NCBI GenBank assembly: GCA_951406725.2
Contig: OX597835.1
Location: 10,974,001 to 11,038,000 of the forward strand
Direction: 5' to 3'
From: Octopus vulgaris
Taxonomy: Eukaryota
Length of the DNA: 64,000 bases
Below are positions 57,350 to 64,000 of the stretch, one piece after another. The position numbers and the translations under genes were made by a program. The stretch's first letter is position 1. Every line of letters starts with the position of its first letter. The notes beneath the pieces are model-generated. The model saw only the letters and a list, made by a program, of their open reading frames with translations, was not told the DNA's origin and ran no database searches.

Positions 57350-57770
57350 CTTCTTTCTCCTCCCCACTTTACTTGCCTTCCTTCTTTCTTTTCTTCTTTC
57401 TCCTCCTCACTTAACTTGCCTTCCTTCTTTCTCTTCTTCTTTCTCTTCACTCAACTTTCTTCTTTCTCTTCACTCAACTCGCCTTCCTTCTTTCTCTTCT
57501 TCTTTCTCCTCCTCACTCAACTTGCCTTCCTTCTTTCTCTTCTTCTTTCTCCTCCTCACTCAACTTGCCTTCCTTCTTTCTCTTCTTCTTTCTTCTTTCT
57601 CTTCACTCAACTTGCCTTCCTTCTTTCTCTTCTTCTTTCTCTTCTTCACTCAACTCGCCTTCTTTCTTTCTCTTCTTCTTTCTCCTCCCCACTTTACTTG
57701 CCTTCCTTCTTTCTCTTCTTCTTTCTCCTCCTCACTCAACTTGCTTTCCTTCTTTCTTTTCTTCTTCTCC
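57350..57770. repeat. ~43-bp polypyrimidine minisatellite
   Basis: Unit cttgccttccttctttctcttcttctttctcctcctcactcaa (for example 57521 to 57564). Confidence 0.9.
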
Positions 57771-58159
57771 CTCCTCCACCGCCCTCATCATCATCATCAT
57801 TGTTATCAGTTCTCTAAGGTGTTGCAAGGGCTTCTCACAAAAAACTATAATTTCAACCGCGCCCCCTCCATTTAAAAAGAAATAAAAGTATAAAAAAAAA
57901 AAACCAGAAGAGAAACCATATCAATTACAGAGTTAATTATACACTACGTTAACAAAGAATTGTATCTGAATATTGGCAATTGCTGAAATAGAAGCCGCAC
58001 CAGTCGAATGGTAGTGGTGGTCATGATATTGTGTAAGACAGAACAGAAGAAATGGTTCATCATCATCCATCGTTTAGTGAAGCTTATTGCATGGATCACC
58101 TTGACTCATTCTCTTCAGACTGTTCAGACTGCCATCGCATATGGTAGGTCAGAATCCTT

Positions 58160-58636
58160 GGCGATGTTTCGTTTGTCGTAGCACACGTTTCCGTCGATTT
58201 CCGTAAAAAACTTTTATTTTTTTACATATGGCTTTGCGGGAATATTTGAAGTAATGAGAGCGAAAGAGACTAAGAGGAAGCGATTTTATGACGAGGGAAT
58301 TTCTTTTGAAGTCCCCGTGTTTGTGTCTGATGGGGTGTGGGAGACAGACAGTATGTTGTGTAAGTGAAGTGCTTCTGTTAGTGTGTGCGAAGAGACAGAG
58401 AGAGTAATGTGTGAAAGAGAGAGATAACTGAAATTTTTTACTCGGTGTATGTGTATATGTATGTGTGTGTGTATGTGTGTGTGTATGTATGTGTGTGTGT
58501 GTGTAAGTATGTGTGTGTGTATGTATGTATGTATGGCCGATTCAGTGTAATTTTTTACTCGGTGTATGTGTATATGTATGTCTGCATGTATGTGTGTGTG
58601 TGTATGTATCTATGTATGTGTGTGTGTGTGTATGTA

Positions 58637-58667
<31 letters not shown>

Positions 58668-58764
58668 ATGTATGTATGTATGGCCGATTCAGTGTTTACA
58701 TTTTTTACGGAAATCGACGGAGGAAATCGACGGAAACGTGTGCTACGACAAACGAAACTTCACC
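58160..58764. mobile_element. MITE with ~50-bp TIRs and 8-bp TSD, Merlin-like
   Basis: TIRs GGCGATGTTTCGTTTGTCGTAGCACACGTTTCCGTCGATTTCC / ...ACGAAACTTCACC. Exact TSD gaatcctt at 58152-58159 and 58765-58772. GG termini plus an 8-bp TSD fit Merlin. Confidence 0.85.
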
Positions 58765-58787
58765 GAATCCTTGCACAGTTGCTTTAA

Positions 58788-59010
58788 CCCTTTAGCATTT
58801 AAACCGGCCATATCCCGGCCAAAAGTATTCTACCTGTTTTATGTTCAAACTGGCCAGATCTGGTCTCTCACACCAACTCTACAATATCGTTTTAAAAATT
58901 AACAGCTACCTCATCAAAATCTCATAGCTACAAAATTAATGAATGATTAATTCAAAACAATGTGGATGAAGAAGCATTAATTTTGGTAGAATAATGCGAA
59001 CACTAAAGGG
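58788..59010. mobile_element. piggyBac-type MITE (223 bp)
   Basis: TTAA|CCCTTTAG ... CTAAAGGG|TTAA. A diverged reversed copy lies at ~24640-24831. Confidence 0.9.
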
Positions 59011-59069
59011 TTAAGTAGGTTCGATGTGGGCTACCAAAATTTTCACACCCATGCTTTGGGTCACTGATG

Positions 59070-59510
59070 ATCTCATCTTTGCTCTCCAACAATGTCTGCA
59101 AGAATTCTTCCTAGAATTCTTGCAAAATATAAGGCAGAGGTTAACAATGCATGTCTCAGTTCCAATATCCAATATATTTTTTTGTGTAGAATTTTGAGTG
59201 TTGTGCCAAGTCCACCAATTCTCACAAGAACAATTATCACCTCTTGTCTTCCACAGTTTCTTTGTCTCTCTGACGAGACCCTCAAATGTCTCATTCTTCT
59301 CAAATTCCTATCAATTTCCAATCTGCTATCGGATGATATTGCATAGTCAGGGATCTTACACTTTTTTGCTTTTTTTTTTTTTTTTTTTGTTTTTTGTCCT
59401 CCACAAGATGGAATACATTGAAGCCAGGTCTCCTAGCCTTGCTGTCCAGGGTGATCTTGGCCACAGTTAGAAGTACTCCTGTATCAGAACAGCCGTCATC
59501 CATCATTTCT
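59070..59510 (-). mobile_element. Degenerate C-terminus of an RLE-type non-LTR retrotransposon (R4/Dong-like)
   Basis: ITLDSKARRP... and VIIVLVRIGGLGTT...LRHALLTSA...ILGRIL resemble the RRPD...(V)IGALG...LQK.ALL.TA.ILR end of R4-clade ORFs. Confidence 0.6.
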
Positions 59511-59617
59511 TCCTCCTCATCATTATCACTACAACCATCATCATGATCACCACTACCACCACCATCTTCATCATCATTATCAGCATCACTACCATCAGCA
59601 TCACCATTGCTATCATC

Positions 59618-60075
59618 ACCGTATCATCATCATCACCACTGCCGTCATCACCACCTTCATCATCACCACCACCACCACCACCACCACCATCATCGTCGTC
59701 GTCGTCGTCAGCACCATCATCACCACCACCTCCATCATCATCCTCATCATCATCATCATCACCGTATCATCATCATCACCACTGCCGTCATCACCACCTT
59801 CATCATCACCACCACCACCACCACCACCACCATCATCATCGTCGTCGTCGTCAGCACCATCATCACCACCACCTCCATCATCATCCTCATCATCATCATC
59901 ATCACCGTATCATCATCATCACCACTGCCGTCATCACCACCTTCATCATCACCACCACCACCACCACCACCATCATCATCGTCGTCGTCGTCAGCACCAT
60001 CATCACCACCACCTCCATCATCATCCTCATCATCATCATCATCACCGTATCATCATCATCACCACTGCCGTCATC

Positions 60076-60109
<34 letters not shown>

Positions 60110-60130
60110 TCGTCGTCATCACCATTATCA
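59618..60130. repeat. 143-bp higher-order repeat built from CAT/CAC/CGT triplets
   Basis: Landmark accgtatcat at 59618, 59761, 59904 and 60044. Confidence 0.9.
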
Positions 60131-60546
60131 CCATCACCACCGCCATCATCATCATCATCATCATCATGATCATCATCATCACCATATCATCATCATCACC
60201 ACTGCCATCATCACCACCTTCATCATCACCACCAATACCACCATCATCATCATCATCGTCGTCGTCATCACCATCATCACCACCACCACCTCCAATATCA
60301 TCATCATCATTATCATCATCATTGAAAGTCTGTCTTCCATGCTGGCATAGGTTGGAAAGTTTGACAGAAGCTGCACCAGACTCCAGTTGTCCATGTTGCC
60401 ATGGTTTCTCAGAGCGTACAGGTGGATGTTTTGTATGTGCCTTTCATGTGGTACCAGCATAGATGCTTTCTGTGTGGCACAAACAATGATGCTTTTTACA
60501 TGGTGCCAGCATGGATTCTTTTAATGTGGCATCAGCATATATACTT

Positions 60547-60749
60547 TCTTTTTACATGTTTCAGTCATGTGACTGGGGCCTTGCTGGAGCACCACCTTTA
60601 GTTGAGCAAATCAAGACCCGGGACCTATTCTTTGTAAGCCTAGTACTTATTCTATTGGTCTTCCTTGCTGAACTGCTTAGTTACAGGGACGTAAACATGC
60701 CGACTTCGATTGTCAAGCAATGGTGTGTGGACAAACACAGACACACAAA

Positions 60750-60797
<48 letters not shown>

Positions 60798-60965
60798 AAC
60801 GATAGTGTTCTTTCATTTTCCGTCTACCAAATCCACTCACAAGGCTTTGGTTGGCCTGAGACTACAGTAGGAAACACTTTCCCAAGGCGCCACACAGTGG
60901 GACTGAATTCGGAACTATGTGGTTGGTAAACAAGCTACGTACCACACAGCCATTCCTGCACAAAT

Positions 60966-61019
<54 letters not shown>

Positions 61020-61190
61020 GACATACAACAGGTTCCTTTCAGTTTCCGTCTACCAAATCCACTCACAAGGCTTTGGTTGGCCTGAGACCACAATAAAAAC
61101 ACATGTCCAAAGTGCCACACAGTGGGACTGAACCCAGAACCATGTGGTTGGTAAGCAAGCTACTTACCACACAGCCACTCCTGCGCCTAT
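60547..61190 (-). mobile_element. SINE family A preceded by a second tandem 5' half
   Basis: Head segment occurs twice (60810-60960 and 61030-61190), separated by (CA)n. Confidence 0.85.
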
Positions 61191-61845
61191 ATATTCTCAT
61201 CTTTTATAAACCATCTCCAATTTTCTTTTCATTTCCACCACCTCCCCTCCCATTTTTTTCCCCCTCACCAATTTCATATAAACATCCACACAAATTGTAG
61301 CTTATCTTTGTAATGTTTCCCTCACGTGATGCCCTTGTGGCAAATGAAAGAAATCCTATTATTCTTGCTGCTGTTGTTGTTGTTGTTGTTGTTGTAAATC
61401 TATGTTGTTTGCTGTATTCAGTTATTTTAAATTTAGATTTCACTAAATCATGGATTAGTGACCAACTTATAATATTTCATTTTATTCTATATTTATTATA
61501 TTTTTGCTTGTGTGTGGCTATTATTTATATATTTACTTAGTTACGATACATACAAAATGTTTTAGCAAAGCTGAAGCAACCGATCTGTATATAGAGATGT
61601 ATTGTGACGTGTCTGTCTTGGAAAATTATTTACTTTCCATGGCAGGTATTCACAAATTCTACAGATATGTGTGTGTGTGTGTGTTTGTGAGTGTGTGTGT
61701 GTGTGTGTGTGGTTCTATGTACATATGTGAATATGTCTAGATATGTCCAATTCATGCAAGCATGGAAAAGCGGATGTAGAAGTATGATGATGATGATGAT
61801 GATGATGATGAAGTAATAAATATGTAAATGTAAATACACGTGTTC

Positions 61846-61965
<120 letters not shown>

Positions 61966-62181
61966 CATACATATATATACATATACACATATATATATAC
62001 ATATATATACATACATATATATACATATATACTTATATATACATATATATATACATATATATATATACATATATACATATATACATATATATATATACAT
62101 ATATATACATATATATATACATACATATATATATATATATTTATATATATATGTATATATATATGTATATATATATGTATA

Positions 62182-62215
<34 letters not shown>

Positions 62216-62614
62216 ATGTCTGCATATATGTGTGTATGTGCTTGTGTGTTTTGGAATTATATATATGTGTATCCGTGTGTGTGTGTGTGCTTGCATGCGT
62301 GCATGTATGCATATGGTAATAATATTGTTCATGTATATATTTACGTATGTATATCTATATTGTGTATACAGACATAGCCAGTCACACACACAGACACACA
62401 CACACACATTGATTTGATAGATAGAGCGATAGATAGATGCATGTACACATAAACACCCACAAAACACACAAGCACAAATATTATTATTTTTTTTACACAT
62501 GCGTGTGTGCATACATACACACCTCTGTGTATGTGTGTATATGCGTATATGCATATATATATATATAAAACACATACACATAAGCATGTACAACTCCCAC
62601 CCCCATACATCATA

Positions 62615-62709
<95 letters not shown>

Positions 62710-62763
62710 ATATATTTATATATATGTACATTGATATATGTAATGTGTACACACACACATACA

Positions 62764-62800
<37 letters not shown>

Positions 62801-63766
62801 AAATATATTAATACTCTGTTTAATGTTTGATGTATTTGTTCAACAAAAGTTCAGATATTTTTAGGTTAACATTTTTCAAAGCACGACAGAAACCACATTA
62901 ATAAACAGCAAATAAATGAATAAAAAAAATAATAAAGTGGGGAAAAAAAAATGAAAAAGAAAAAAGACCCCCCGAAAACAAGAACAAAAATTAAATGAAG
63001 GAAAAAAAAATAAAAGCAAGATGTTATGTATAAAACATATATGATATGAATAAATGAATATATGAGAATACAAAAATAATAATAATACTAAAATATAAAA
63101 AGAATAATAAAGCAATAATAAAGAATTATTTTATGCAAAAGAATGAGGTAAGACAGAAAATAAAAGACATCTAATTAATGAAAGGAAGGAAGGAAGGAAG
63201 GTGGTAAGGAATGAAGAAAGATGGTAAGAATGGCAGTAAACATTGTTTTCTTTTCATATGCAAGTAAGTCCGTTTGAATAATGTGTGAAAGAGTAGAAGA
63301 CATCTATTATGGCATCGAGCTAAAAGTTGAGAATGGAATCGGAATGAATTGCCGTTCTTATTAGCTTTGGTTACCAGCGAAAGCTGTTTAAATATTCATT
63401 GGTGATAAAACTTACATAGAATTAAACTGGTTTTACGATTCATTATATTTTAACTTGTTTTCTTGTCTGTTGTTGAAGAATATTCTTCAACATGTTGTTT
63501 ACATATTTTGGTAAACAAGAAATGGAAAATAAAAACAATTTCTTCTTTTTGAAATCAAAACCGCATCTACATGGAATTTCCTGTAAGAAATTGATGGATA
63601 TTCTTGTTATTTTTATGTTTTCTTATAACAACAGACAAGGGAGTTGTTACCATACCTGTGAGTGATTTTTGATTGCTGCCACCCACTCACTATTTGTGCC
63701 AGCTTTGGAGTTTTTACTGTGCCAACAACTGGGTTGTATGTATTGTGCCTCCAAGGGTGACTCTAA

Positions 63767-64000
63767 TACCTATTTCTTTATTCCCCACGAGGGGCTAAAC
63801 ATAGAGGAGACAAACAAGGACAGACATAGGTATCAAGTCGATTACATCGACCCCAGTGTGTAACTGGTACTTAATTTATCGACACTGAAAGGATGAAAGG
63901 CAAAGTCGACCCCAGCGGAATTTGAACTCAGAACGTAATGGCAGACGAAATACCTATTTCTTTACTACCCACAAGGGGCTAAACACAGAGAGGACAAACG
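63767..64000 (-). mobile_element. Head-to-tail tandem of headless SINE family B units (184-bp period), continuing past the window edge
   Basis: tacctatttcttta at 63767 and 63951. Confidence 0.85.

Overview
AT-rich eukaryotic genomic DNA saturated with (TA)n/(CA)n/(ATA)n/(CCA)n microsatellites and several tRNA-derived SINE families. The repeat landscape strongly suggests an octopod cephalopod (inference). Almost all ORFs in the supplied track are microsatellite artefacts. The one real host gene I could find is not in the track: the first three coding exons of a minus-strand, signal-peptide-bearing alpha-carbonic-anhydrase-domain gene (25881-25779, 2102-2067, 474-301; all introns phase 1, GT-AG), which runs off the left edge. 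Its His64-equivalent is Arg (NDGRT). The rest is intron 1 and upstream DNA with decayed mariner and maT transposons, RTE, CR1 and R4/Dong LINE fragments, a non-autonomous Helitron, Merlin-like and piggyBac-like MITEs, minisatellites and long palindromes. The most unusual signals are: (i) several families of short (TA)n-embedded, often fold-back, Penelope-like terminal fragments carrying minimal hammerhead-ribozyme motifs with non-canonical cores, including a compensatory G3:C8 variant and an A6U variant; (ii) a tandemly iterated hairpin-plus-pseudoknot RNA module with variable loops in front of an RTE-type tail; (iii) a ~460-bp fold-back rich in G:U wobbles; and (iv) repeated local templated duplications. 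Transposon boundaries were read by eye and may be off by a few to tens of bases. Family names come from recalled motifs, not database searches.
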